A stretch of DNA of 56,024 bases, taken from assembly GCA_043738805.1 (NCBI GenBank), contig JAYUFI010000999.1, positions 1 through 56,024 on the forward strand, written 5' to 3'. Below, piece by piece: positions 11,232-21,427 of this stretch (position 1 is its first letter; each line of letters starts with the position of its first letter). Position numbers and translations under genes: made by a program. The notes beneath the pieces were generated by a model. The model searched no databases. It saw only the letters and a program-made list of their open reading frames with translations, and was not told the origin of the DNA. This DNA is from Planctomycetaceae bacterium (GTDB lineage: Bacteria > Planctomycetota > Planctomycetia > Planctomycetales > Planctomycetaceae).

Positions 11232-11254
11232 ATGGCAGCCCACGCAACTGCCAT
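11232..11254. promoter_or_regulatory. 7-bp perfect inverted repeat ATGGCAG-N9-CTGCCAT upstream of amtB (operator or 5'-UTR hairpin candidate)
   Basis: The repeat is visible at 11232-11238 and 11248-11254. It lies 26 nt upstream of the amtB ATG, just before the GGAGG at 11265-11269. Confidence 0.25.
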
Positions 11255-11279
11255 CCATACCAACGGAGGTTTGACGCAA

Positions 11280-12659
11280 ATGAAGACTCTGATTAGCGCT
11301 CGGCTGATTCTTGCGGGTATTTTATTGCTCGTGACTGGCAGCTTTTCATTCGCCGACGAGGCGACACCACCCACCACAACTGAGGTCGCGGCACCGGCGG
11401 CTCCCCCAAAACTCGACACCGGCGATACCGCTTGGATGCTTGTGTCGTCGGCACTCGTGCTGATGATGACGGCACCGGGATTGGCTTTGTTTTACGGAGG
11501 TTTGGTTCGCAAGAAAAATATCCTCGGCGTCATGATGCAGTGCATCTTCCTGATGGGAATGATGTCCACAATCTGGATGCTTTGGGGCTACAGCATCGCG
11601 TTCGACAAAGGGATCGCTGGGGGCTTTTGCGGCGGGTTCGGAGCCGTGATGCTCAACGGACTGTTGCCTGAATTTGGAAAGGAAGTTCCGCACGCGGCCA
11701 GCATTCCGGACCTGCTCTTCATGGTCTATCAGATGATGTTCTTTATCATCACTCCAGGCTTGATCTGCGGCGCGTTTGCAGAACGAATGAAGTTCAGCGC
11801 GATGGTTCTTTTCTGTGCCTTGTGGGGCACGTTCGTGTATTGTCCGGTGGCTCACTGGGTCTGGGCGGCTGACGGCTGGTTGTTCTCTGGGAAGTATCTC
11901 GCACTCGACTTTGCTGGCGGCACGGTCGTGCATTTGACGTCGGGAGTTTCAGCGTTGCTCTGTGCGTTGATGCTGGGCAAGCGATTGGGCTTCGGCCAAG
12001 AACCGATGCCTCCACACAATTTGACTTACACCTTTATCGGTGCGACGATGCTGTGGGTCGGTTGGTTTGGTTTCAATGCGGGGAGTGCGTTGGCGGCGAG
12101 TCCGCAAGCGGTCTATGCCTTTGTGGCGACGCACTTGGCGGCAGCGACTGGCACGCTGGCTTGGGCCGGCATCGAATGGGTCAAACGCGGAAAGCCGAGC
12201 ATTCTCGGAGCTTGCTCTGGAGCTGTCGCGGGACTCGTTTGCGTGACTCCGGCTGCTGGGTTCGTAACGCCAGGTTCGGCGATGATTTTGGGGGTTGTCG
12301 CGGGGATCGTCTGCTACTTTGCTTGCACGACGATTAAATCGAAGTTCGGTTACGACGACTCGCTCGATGCGTTCGGCGTGCATGGCGTCGGTGGATTTGT
12401 GGGAGCGATCCTCACCGGTGTCTTTGCCACGAAGCATGTTTCCGGCGACGCACTGAAGTCTGGACTGCTGGAAGGAAATTCGCAGCAGGTCATCAATCAG
12501 TTGATTGGTGCGGGAGCGGCGCTCGCTTTGGCGTTGGTCGGAACCTTCATCATTCTGAAGGTTGTCGATGCACTGGTTGGCTTGCGTGCCAGCCAAGATG
12601 ACGAAATTCAAGGGCTCGACCTCAGCCAGCATGGCGAGGAAGGCTACATCTTTTACTAA
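11280..12659 (+). CDS. amtB: ammonium transporter (Amt family)
   Basis: ATG at 11280 gives the signal peptide MKTLISARLILAGILLLVTGSFSFA. Amt signatures are present: DTGDTAWMLVSSALVLMMTAPGLALFYGGLVR, DFAGGTVVHLTSGVSAL and DDSLDAFGVHGVGGFVGAILTGVF. Confidence 0.95.
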   Translation: MKTLISARLILAGILLLVTGSFSFADEATPPTTTEVAAPAAPPKLDTGDTAWMLVSSALVLMMTAPGLALFYGGLVRKKNILGVMMQCIFLMGMMSTIWMLWGYSIAFDKGIAGGFCGGFGAVMLNGLLPEFGKEVPHAASIPDLLFMVYQMMFFIITPGLICGAFAERMKFSAMVLFCALWGTFVYCPVAHWVWAADGWLFSGKYLALDFAGGTVVHLTSGVSALLCALMLGKRLGFGQEPMPPHNLTYTFIGATMLWVGWFGFNAGSALAASPQAVYAFVATHLAAATGTLAWAGIEWVKRGKPSILGACSGAVAGLVCVTPAAGFVTPGSAMILGVVAGIVCYFACTTIKSKFGYDDSLDAFGVHGVGGFVGAILTGVFATKHVSGDALKSGLLEGNSQQVINQLIGAGAALALALVGTFIILKVVDALVGLRASQDDEIQGLDLSQHGEEGYIFY

Positions 12660-12757
12660 CCGTCGAGCTTGTTGCGTCACATCGGTCGGGAGAACGGACA
12701 GCACGTTCTCCGCCGTCCGAATTGAGTCACTTCACGCAGTCGGCGGGGAGCATCGCC

Positions 12758-13539
<782 letters not shown>

Positions 13540-13560
13540 CGGCGTCGAGGCGGTGACTTC

Positions 13561-13637
13561 GTAGAACGGTTTTTCAAACCGTTCGTGGTTGCTTCTCGTT
13601 GATCAAACTGGCCGAACGGTTTGAAAAACTGTTCTAC
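13561..13637. repeat. REPIN-like doublet of the GTAGAACGGTTT family
   Basis: GTAGAACGGTTTTTCAAACCGTTCG (13561-13585) is paired with CGAACGGTTTGAAAAACTGTTCTAC (13613-13637). They are inverted with heads outward. The same motif occurs at 10081-10109. Confidence 0.75.
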
Positions 13638-13639
13638 AA

Positions 13640-13674
13640 AAGGACGCCGCTTTCAACACAGAAGTGGCGTCCTT
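13640..13674 (+). terminator. hairpin after the PII genes
   Basis: AAGGACGCC (13640-13648) pairs with GGCGTCCTT (13666-13674), followed by CTCTCTTT. Confidence 0.5.
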
Positions 13675-13734
13675 CTCTCTTTGATGACGGCCTGACTATT
13701 CCGAGTAGGCCGCGTTTCGGGAAAACGCTCAACT

Positions 13735-16437
13735 ATGCCAACGACGACCACGTTGTCTGTTGCTGATGCCGCCAAGTTGGAAGAGTTGCGTGCTCGCGTG
13801 GCTGAGATTCGGGCTCATGCGCAAGACCAATTTCAGCGATTCGCCAGCGGCATTCAGACCGCGACAATCTTGGCTGACAGCTTCCGAGATTTTGTGCTCG
13901 AACAATGGTCCTGCGCGCTGAAGTCGGCGGTCTTTCCCGAGGTTGCCGTTCGATTGGAAAAAGAATCGGCCATCGTCGCAGTTGGCGGGACCGGGCGATG
14001 TGAACTCGCTCCGTACTCAGACATCGACCTGTTGTTTCTCTGTCAGCCGAACCTCGCAACAGACTTTCAGAAAGTTGCGAATCAATGCTTGCGCAGTTTG
14101 TGGGATGCGGAGTTAAAGCTTGGACACAGCGTTCGCACGCCGCGTGATGCGATCACGATGGCGTTGACGGAGCCGCAGTTCGCGACCTCGCTCGTCGAAA
14201 TGCAAACGATGTGGGGTTCGGCGGACCTCGTCGCGAAGTTGAAACGTTCGTTCGAGCGGTCGGTTATTCGCTCACGTCGTTCCGCGTTCTTTGAGATGTG
14301 TGTCGCTGCCCGCGAAGAAGAGCTGACGAAGAACGGCGGAGCGATTCAACAGCTTGAACCGGACATCAAATACTCGCGAGGCGGATTGCGCGATCTGCAT
14401 TTGTTGCGCTGGATCGGCTTCGCGTTGTACGAGACTCCGGATATCGACTCGCTGCGATTGAAAGGGGCGTTGTCTCGCGAGGACGCTCACAAGCTGATTC
14501 ACGCACACGAATTCTTGGCACGCATCCGCATGGAGTTGCACTTCTCAGCGGGAAGGCCGCAAGATCGGCTGACGCGCGATGAGCAATTGCGAATCGCCGG
14601 CGAACGAAATATCGCACGGACTCCCGGTCAAAGTCCCGTCGAACGCTTTATGCAGGAGTACTTTCAGCACACGACTGCCGTGGTGGAAATCGTGCGGCGG
14701 TTCATTTCGCGACATCGCCAACGCCCCTTCAAGCAGTGGCTCGTGGACTCACTATTGACTCGACGACAAGACGGTTCTTTTCTCATCAGCCCGACTCGCT
14801 TGGATGTTCTGACGCGGCGAATGAGTGCCGTCTGCTCGGACTTGCGCAGCGTGTTGCAGTTGTTTCAGACTGCGGCCAGAAATCACGTGCAGATCGCTCC
14901 GCGAGTACTCGAGCGGATTCGTTTGGAGGCACCGCAATTCAGCCGAATGCTCGACGCGGGACATTCCGAGTTGTTCCTGTCGATCCTCGAACCGCGCGGC
15001 ACGTTGGGGACAACATTGCGAGCGATGTATGAGTGCGGTGTGTTGGAAGTCGTGCTGCCGGAGTTCACTCGCGTCCGGTGTCTGCTGCAATTCAACGCCT
15101 ATCACAGTTACACCGTCGATGAGCACACGCTGCGTGCGATGGAAGTGATCGAATCATTCGAGCACGATTCCGGCCCGATCGGTGCGGCATATCGTGACAT
15201 CAAACTAAAGCCGGTGCTACATCTTGCGTTGTTGTTGCACGATGTCGGTAAAGGGGGCCTTGAAGATCACAGCGAACTCGGACGTGACATTGCTGATCGA
15301 ATCGCCGTGCGACTTGGTTTGCCTGAACCTCATCGCGACTTGCTGAAGTTCCTGATCCTCAAGCATCTCGTCATGGCGGACATCGCTTTCCGACATGACA
15401 CGTCGGACCCCGGCGAACTGAATCGCTTCAGTCACATGGTCGGCAGTCCGGAATGGCTGACGATGCTTTATGTCCTGACCGTCGCCGATATCTCCGCCGT
15501 CGGCCCAGACATTTGGAACGATTGGAAAGCAGGCTTGCTGACCGATTTGTATGGCCGCTCAATGTTGATCCTCAGCGGTAAGCATCCGCGATTCTTGGAA
15601 GAACAACGGCTGCAAAAAGTTCGCGAGCATGTTTCGGTCAAACTCATTCCGACGGCGGCGTCCGACGACGAACGCACGCAATCAGCTCGCTGGCTCGACA
15701 AGCAACTCAACGAGTTTCCCGCCCATTATCTCACCGGAACCGCGAGCGATCGCATCGCTGCCGACCTCGAAATCATTCGCCGATTGCCGCCCGGTGAGAT
15801 CGTCGTGGAAGGAAGTTACGAGGCTGACGATACCGTTGAGTACCGCATCGTTCTCGACGCTCAGCATTCCGAAGGCTGCTTTCATCGAATCGCGGGGACG
15901 TTGACCTCACAACGTTTGGCGATTCTCTCCGCACAAATCTGCACGACCGCTGACGGCATCGTGGTCGATGTGTTTCGAGTCCGCGATGACGACTTCGTCG
16001 GCACCGTCCCACCGGAACGCATGGAGCAAATCGGCAAAGCGATTCGGCAAGTGCTCCGCAAAGAGGTCAAAGTCGAGGAAGCGTTTCAACGCTCCCGGCG
16101 TTTCAGTTGGAAGAACACGAAGGCACCGATCTCGGATCTCGCCAATCGAGTCACGATCGACAACGACTCATCGGAGCGATGCAACATCGTCTGCGTTTTC
16201 GCTCACGACCGCCCCGGCCTGCTCTACACAATCAGCCGAGCGATCTACCGTCTGGAACTGTCGATCGACTTGGCCAAGATCGCGACGCACTTCGATCAAG
16301 TGCTCGACGTCTTCTACGTCACCGATCGTGCGGGCCATAAAATTTTGGATCAACCGCGATTGGCCTCGCTGCAAATGGAACTCAACAACACGCTCGCGGA
16401 ATTCGACGCGACGGGGCATCACAAGTTCGTCGGTTGA
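13735..16437 (+). CDS. glnD: [protein-PII] uridylyltransferase / uridylyl-removing enzyme
   Basis: 900 aa. The N-terminal nucleotidyltransferase motif is AVGGTGRCELAPYSDIDLLF and the HD domain motif is HLALLLHDVGKG. There are two C-terminal ACT-like repeats (..YRIVLDAQHSEGCFHRIAGTL.. and ..CVFAHDRPGLLYTISRAI..). Confidence 0.92.
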   Translation: MPTTTTLSVADAAKLEELRARVAEIRAHAQDQFQRFASGIQTATILADSFRDFVLEQWSCALKSAVFPEVAVRLEKESAIVAVGGTGRCELAPYSDIDLLFLCQPNLATDFQKVANQCLRSLWDAELKLGHSVRTPRDAITMALTEPQFATSLVEMQTMWGSADLVAKLKRSFERSVIRSRRSAFFEMCVAAREEELTKNGGAIQQLEPDIKYSRGGLRDLHLLRWIGFALYETPDIDSLRLKGALSREDAHKLIHAHEFLARIRMELHFSAGRPQDRLTRDEQLRIAGERNIARTPGQSPVERFMQEYFQHTTAVVEIVRRFISRHRQRPFKQWLVDSLLTRRQDGSFLISPTRLDVLTRRMSAVCSDLRSVLQLFQTAARNHVQIAPRVLERIRLEAPQFSRMLDAGHSELFLSILEPRGTLGTTLRAMYECGVLEVVLPEFTRVRCLLQFNAYHSYTVDEHTLRAMEVIESFEHDSGPIGAAYRDIKLKPVLHLALLLHDVGKGGLEDHSELGRDIADRIAVRLGLPEPHRDLLKFLILKHLVMADIAFRHDTSDPGELNRFSHMVGSPEWLTMLYVLTVADISAVGPDIWNDWKAGLLTDLYGRSMLILSGKHPRFLEEQRLQKVREHVSVKLIPTAASDDERTQSARWLDKQLNEFPAHYLTGTASDRIAADLEIIRRLPPGEIVVEGSYEADDTVEYRIVLDAQHSEGCFHRIAGTLTSQRLAILSAQICTTADGIVVDVFRVRDDDFVGTVPPERMEQIGKAIRQVLRKEVKVEEAFQRSRRFSWKNTKAPISDLANRVTIDNDSSERCNIVCVFAHDRPGLLYTISRAIYRLELSIDLAKIATHFDQVLDVFYVTDRAGHKILDQPRLASLQMELNNTLAEFDATGHHKFVG

Positions 16438-16536
16438 GATTTCGGGATTACAGTGGACGACAATCATTCGTCGGGTGCGTGATTGACAAGACTGATGTCC
16501 CATCGGTCGTATTGGTCCCATAAGCCGCGCGAGTAT

Positions 16537-17829
16537 TCAACGTTGTACTCGTTGTTTGGCCGTCATGATCACATAATCGCGGACCTCGCGGGCTTCGACT
16601 TCGGCGAGCACGAAGGGCAAGTTGTTGAGATACCACTCCGCATTTTTTGTGACCAAAAACAGCTTTCCGCCAGGTTTAAGTGCTCGCGCCGCTGCTTCGA
16701 CAAAGATTTTCGCGATTGCCCAATTCGAGTAGTACGGCGGATTGGCCATCACGATGTCGAACGTCCCCGGAAGCGGAATGAGCCCCTCGGCGTCTAATTG
16801 AGTCGAGAGGGTCGAAGTTTCGTCTTCCGTTTCAGTGACAACGCCGGGCGAATCCTCTTTCAGCAAAACCTCCGCTTTCTTAGCGCCCGCCTTTTTAGCA
16901 GCAGCCTTCTTGGCGACCGCCTTGCTGAGTTCGCCTTTTGTGGGAAAGGTAATGGGAATCAGTTTCGGCAAGCGGTTGAGAACCCGCAGGCCGTTCATTT
17001 CGGCGCTACGAACCGTGCATTCTAACGCTCGCGGGTTTGAATCAACGGCATGAACGTGAACACGAGGGGCTCGCAACGCGAGCGCGATGCCGACGGTTCC
17101 CGCTCCGCAGCCGATATCGAGAATTCGCATCCCCGCTCGCACAGCTTTCGTCGGTGTCATCGTCGCTTCGAGCAGCGCACGCGAGCCGACATCTAATTCG
17201 CGATGACTAAAAACGCTGGGCCGACTGATCGCTTTGACGATTCGTTCGCCATCACGAAAAGCGAATTCAGCGGTGAAGTCGCGGACTCGTTTGAGTGACT
17301 CAGTCTTGGTTGCCGTGTATATCAAACCGTGAGTGTGCGGCCGAGTCGCGACCTTATCGAACAGTAATTCGAGTTGCTCTTTGATCCACTTATCGCGCGG
17401 GTTGTTCGTGCTGACAAACATTTTGCCGCCGAGTTTGAGTCGCTCGTATCCCTGTTGCATCAGCTCACGAGTGAGTTCCGCTTCGCCTTGCTTGAGAAAC
17501 GGCAGGGCGACGGTGTCGAACTCTCCGGCTGGAAAATCGGTCTCGCAGACGATCGAAAGATTCGGACGCCCCTCGCAAACTTGAGCGCGAGCCTGTTCCG
17601 CCAAGAAGACGTCCAGATAAAAACAGACAACGCTTGATTCCGGCAAACGGTCGGCGATCGCTGCCGCCAGCGGGGCGCGAGTCAGCGAAGTACACAAAAT
17701 GCGTTCGCCTTCGATCTCGTCCACAACGCTTATCAACACCGAGTCTTTTGACGGCTTCGGCTGACGTTGAATTTCTCGCTTAGACGCTTTGCGGCCTGGT
17801 CCTTTTTTCGGTCGTGGCTTTTGTGGCAT
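16537..17829 (-). CDS. two-domain class I SAM-dependent methyltransferase (RsmC/RlmG-like, N2-guanine rRNA MTase type) with a Lys/Ala-rich insertion
   Basis: SAM motif ILDIGCGAGTVGIALAL and catalytic motif DIVMANPPYYSN are present. The N-terminal tail is basic (MPQKPRPKKGPGRKASKRE). KAVAKKAAAKKAGAKKAEV plus an acidic stretch is inserted between the two motifs. Confidence 0.8.
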   Translation of the reverse strand: MPQKPRPKKGPGRKASKREIQRQPKPSKDSVLISVVDEIEGERILCTSLTRAPLAAAIADRLPESSVVCFYLDVFLAEQARAQVCEGRPNLSIVCETDFPAGEFDTVALPFLKQGEAELTRELMQQGYERLKLGGKMFVSTNNPRDKWIKEQLELLFDKVATRPHTHGLIYTATKTESLKRVRDFTAEFAFRDGERIVKAISRPSVFSHRELDVGSRALLEATMTPTKAVRAGMRILDIGCGAGTVGIALALRAPRVHVHAVDSNPRALECTVRSAEMNGLRVLNRLPKLIPITFPTKGELSKAVAKKAAAKKAGAKKAEVLLKEDSPGVVTETEDETSTLSTQLDAEGLIPLPGTFDIVMANPPYYSNWAIAKIFVEAAARALKPGGKLFLVTKNAEWYLNNLPFVLAEVEAREVRDYVIMTAKQRVQR

Positions 17830-17947
17830 CGTCTTGTCTTGTGGCCCCTTGATTCAGTGATTGCAACTTGTGCGACATTCAAAAAGGCATTTGACCGATG
17901 CTCACGAATTTCGCCAGTGACTCGCGAACTTTGTTTGATGCTCAATG

Positions 17948-17982
17948 AAAAAGCCCGGCGGTATTTCACAGCCGGGCTTTTT
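17948..17982 (-). terminator. rho-independent terminator downstream of prc (symmetrical, could act both ways)
   Basis: AAAAAGCCCGGC (17948-17959) pairs with GCCGGGCTTTTT (17971-17982), a GC-rich stem flanked by A and T runs. Confidence 0.8.
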
Positions 17983-18011
17983 CGTTTGGGACAGACATTG
18001 CTCGCGACAAA

Positions 18012-20162
18012 TTATTTTTGGGCGGCTTGTGGATTCCGCAACAGCGTCGCGTAATCGAGGGATATTTGTAGCACTTCATTGTTGTAGGTTTCGTCGGCGA
18101 AGATCGGCGTGTCGCTGCCGCGAGTTGACGGGTCTTCGATGTCCGCTTCGGTCTGTTCTTTTTTGTTCTGGCTCCGCTCTGCCTTCAAGACCGACTCATT
18201 CAAGGAGATACTCTTGCGACTTTTGCGGACGACATAACGTTCGATGTCTTTTTGAATGTCTTGGAACTTCGTGTCTGCGGTAACTCGACGTTGCGACCGA
18301 TTGCGGAGCGTCGAAATCAAATCGTTGGTCAGCATCTCTGCTGAAGCGTGAGATGCCGGCGGAATCCGATCGAAGGCGAGAGCGTTTTCCAGTGAGGCTT
18401 CGCCCAAGTCCATCTTGTCCAAGATCGAAGGCAGAACGATATCCGAACGGACGCCGAGGTTTTGAGTGCTGTCACCGTTCACCCGATAAAACTGCTGAAT
18501 GGTCAGCTTCAACGCGCCGCGATCTTGCTTGTTCAAGAACAACATGGCTGACGTGACAGGCATCACATTTTGCACGGTCCCTTTGCCGTGAGTCGTCTCG
18601 TCACCGACGACGATACCGCGTTGATAATCCTTGATCGCTCCCGCGAAAATTTCTGACGCGGACGCCGAAAGTTTGTTACAGAGCACAACGAGCGGTCCGC
18701 TGTACGCGACGCCGTTTTCTTCATCATCATGTGAGCGGATTTTTCCGTTTTGTTCTTTGACCTGAACGATCGGACCTTTGTCGATGAACAGCCCTGAAAC
18801 GTCGATCGCTTCGCTCAACGCACCGCCGCCGTTCGAGCGGAGATCGACGACGACGACATCAACTCCCCCTTCCTTCTGAAATTTTTGCAGCACGGTTTGC
18901 ACGTCGCGAGCGGTACTCTTGGCGTTCTCGACGCCGTCTTGGAAGCCTTGGAAATCACGGTAGAACGACGGAATGTTGACGATTCCGACCTTCCCTTTGC
19001 GGCCCACAGTGCCGTTGGCGGTCAGTCGCTTTTCGGTCTCGACGATCTCGCCTTTGACCTCGGCGTTCTTGAGGTCAATCTTTTTGCGAGTCAGCTCATA
19101 GACCACGACTTCGCCAGTTTCTCCTTTCTTCACCTGCAAGCGGACTTTCGTGCCCCGCTTGCCGCGAATCAGGCGAACAACCTTGCTGAGCTTCATCTCC
19201 ATGATGTCCACGAGTTCCCCAGTTTCCTGCCCAACGGCGATGATGCGATCACCGGCTTTCAAGCGACCGTCCGCGTCCGCAGCTCCTTCTTTGACCACTT
19301 CGTTGACGGTCGTGAAACCATCTTCCGATCGGAGCGCGGCTCCGATGCCGTCCAGATTCAACGCGATCGCGATTTGAAATTCTTCCTGAGATTGCGGCGA
19401 CATGTAACTCGAATGCGGATCAAAGCAGTGCGTCAGCGCTGACAGATACATCTCCAGCTTCTCGGAGTCTTCGGTTTCGTGATACGCCTTCGCCAACATG
19501 CGATAACGTTTCTCCAAACGCTCAGTCGGTTCGACGATGACACCCGCCGTTTTGTCTTTGCCGTTCGTTCCGGTCTTCGGCTTCTCTCCGGCTTTCGGCT
19601 TCTCTTTGTTGACGTTGTTCGCCAAGTCCAAGTTGTCGAGCTTCGCATTGACCAACTCGAACTTGATTCGCTTACGCCAACGATCGTTCAACTCGTCTTG
19701 CGATTTGGCGTACGGAATTTTCTCCGCGTCGATTTCGATGGATTCGTCCACCGTGAAGTCGTGATTGACGACAATCAGCTTCTTCGCCACTTCCATCTGG
19801 CGGTCGAAGCGTTGTAGGAACATGTCCCAGACGTCGTAAGCGAACTGCGTGTTGCCCGCTTTCACCAAGTCATCGAGTTCCGTTTTGAACTTGCTGAGCT
19901 GGTCGATGTCTGGCTGCGTGAAGTACAGCTTTTGCGGATCGAGATTTTTCAGGAAGCGGTCGAGCAGTTTTTCTGAAATTTTGTCATCAATCGGTCGTTG
20001 GCTGATGTGATATTTTTGGACCATGTTGCAGACGAGCTTAGTCGTTGTTTCATCATTGGGATGATTGGCCGCCAAGTGATCGGCGAAGCCAGTCACGATG
20101 GCCAGCAACAGCATTCCCGCACAAAGAGTACACGCGGTTCGAGACGGGGTCTTGAGCTTCAT
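18012..20162 (-). CDS. prc: S41-family carboxy-terminal processing (tail-specific) protease
   Basis: A signal peptide and a PDZ-like region (GIGAALRSEDGFTTVNEVVKEGAADADGRLKAGDRIIAV) are present. S41 catalytic-region motifs are LRSNGGGALSEAI and NKLSASASEIFAGAIKDYQRGIVVGDETTHGKGTVQ. Confidence 0.9.
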   Translation of the reverse strand: MKLKTPSRTACTLCAGMLLLAIVTGFADHLAANHPNDETTTKLVCNMVQKYHISQRPIDDKISEKLLDRFLKNLDPQKLYFTQPDIDQLSKFKTELDDLVKAGNTQFAYDVWDMFLQRFDRQMEVAKKLIVVNHDFTVDESIEIDAEKIPYAKSQDELNDRWRKRIKFELVNAKLDNLDLANNVNKEKPKAGEKPKTGTNGKDKTAGVIVEPTERLEKRYRMLAKAYHETEDSEKLEMYLSALTHCFDPHSSYMSPQSQEEFQIAIALNLDGIGAALRSEDGFTTVNEVVKEGAADADGRLKAGDRIIAVGQETGELVDIMEMKLSKVVRLIRGKRGTKVRLQVKKGETGEVVVYELTRKKIDLKNAEVKGEIVETEKRLTANGTVGRKGKVGIVNIPSFYRDFQGFQDGVENAKSTARDVQTVLQKFQKEGGVDVVVVDLRSNGGGALSEAIDVSGLFIDKGPIVQVKEQNGKIRSHDDEENGVAYSGPLVVLCNKLSASASEIFAGAIKDYQRGIVVGDETTHGKGTVQNVMPVTSAMLFLNKQDRGALKLTIQQFYRVNGDSTQNLGVRSDIVLPSILDKMDLGEASLENALAFDRIPPASHASAEMLTNDLISTLRNRSQRRVTADTKFQDIQKDIERYVVRKSRKSISLNESVLKAERSQNKKEQTEADIEDPSTRGSDTPIFADETYNNEVLQISLDYATLLRNPQAAQK

Positions 20163-20558
20163 GAGATGCTTTTCCGGTGATCAGAAGCGGGAGAGGATTG
20201 GTTCGGTCAGCGGCAGGTTGAGTCTGTATGACTCGTGTTACCGCAACGCTCGATGGGACATTCCATCCGTGGACGCCATCGCTGGAAATTAAGCTTTCCG
20301 GATCGACGGCGCGATGGTACTTCAACCCCCGACATGCGACAAGAGGCGGTCTGCGGTGCCCGCTTCCTGCCATGTAACCCGAAGCGTGGGCGAGGGGCGA
20401 TGCTCAGAAGACGTCTTTCAAGAAGGAACGCTCCGGAGCGACTGCTCTTCGCTGACGTATCGGGTTACAAAGAACGCGCACCGACTCGCGTCTTGTGACG
20501 CTTTTGCGTTTGCCTAATACTCCGCCACACTGAAACGCTCGCACTCTCGCAACGGTGA

Positions 20559-21425
20559 TTGATTGTGCCTTCCACTGACTCCCATTCTCCCGTGCTGTCT
20601 GATTCCACGGCATCAGAATTCCAACGTGAGGTCGCCTCCGGCGAGCGCTTTGAGTTCGGCAAAAACTGGCGCAACTTTCTGAGTGTGCTCACCGAGCAAC
20701 GGATCGTGAACGCGGTCGCGTCTTTGCAAAAGCAGTTGGGACTTGATCGGTTAGACGGCATGAAGTTTGTCGATGCCGGAAGCGGCAGCGGTCTCTTTTC
20801 GCTCGCGGCACGACGGTTGGGGGCGAGCGTCCATTCGTTCGACTTCGATCCCAGTTCCGTTGGTTGTACACAGGAATTGAAGCGACGCTATTTCCCCGAC
20901 GACGACAATTGGACCATTCATCACGCGAGTGTGCTCGACCAGAAGTACCTTCAGAGCATCGGGCAATTTGACATCGCGTATTCTTGGGGCGTGCTGCATC
21001 ACACCGGCTCGATGTGGCCAGCGATTGAAAACGTCACCTCGCTGGTCGCACCGAACGGACGATTGTTTATCGCGCTTTACAACGATCAAGGTTGGAAGTC
21101 GAAGATGTGGCTGTGGGTCAAGCAGATGTACTGCTCCGGTTTGATTGGCCGCTGGGCCATGATTGCGATTTGGATGCCGTACTTTTTCGCTCGCATGTGC
21201 GCCGCCAGTGTGCTGAGCGGCACCAACAAGTTCGCAAGCTATCACCGTGACCGAGGGATGTCTTCATTCCACGACTGGATCGACTGGATCGGCGGCCTAC
21301 CGTTTGAAGTCGCAACGTGTGACGAGATCGTTCAATACCATGAACAACACGGCTTTAAGCTGCTGAAGTTGATCCCAACCAAGGGACTCGGCAACAACGA
21401 GTTCGTCTTTCAGCGGACGAACTGA
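20559..21425 (+). CDS. class I SAM-dependent methyltransferase with hydrophobic C-terminal part
   Basis: SAM-binding motif: MKFVDAGSGSGLFSLAARRLGASVHSFDFD. Also SWGVLHHTG. The start is uncertain (TTG at 20559 or GTG at 20565). Confidence 0.75.
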   Translation: MIVPSTDSHSPVLSDSTASEFQREVASGERFEFGKNWRNFLSVLTEQRIVNAVASLQKQLGLDRLDGMKFVDAGSGSGLFSLAARRLGASVHSFDFDPSSVGCTQELKRRYFPDDDNWTIHHASVLDQKYLQSIGQFDIAYSWGVLHHTGSMWPAIENVTSLVAPNGRLFIALYNDQGWKSKMWLWVKQMYCSGLIGRWAMIAIWMPYFFARMCAASVLSGTNKFASYHRDRGMSSFHDWIDWIGGLPFEVATCDEIVQYHEQHGFKLLKLIPTKGLGNNEFVFQRTN

Positions 21426-21427
21426 GC

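Noticed and set aside
11231-11250. Sigma-54 promoter (TGGCAC-N5-TTGCW) upstream of amtB at TGGCAGCCCACGCAAC.
   Set aside because: The GG-to-GC spacing is two nucleotides too short, and the -12 element does not match TTGC.
16880-16950. A separate histone-like gene encoded by the AKKAAAKKAGAKK run.
   Set aside because: The run is in-frame within the methyltransferase ORF, between its SAM and NPPY motifs, and has no independent start or stop.
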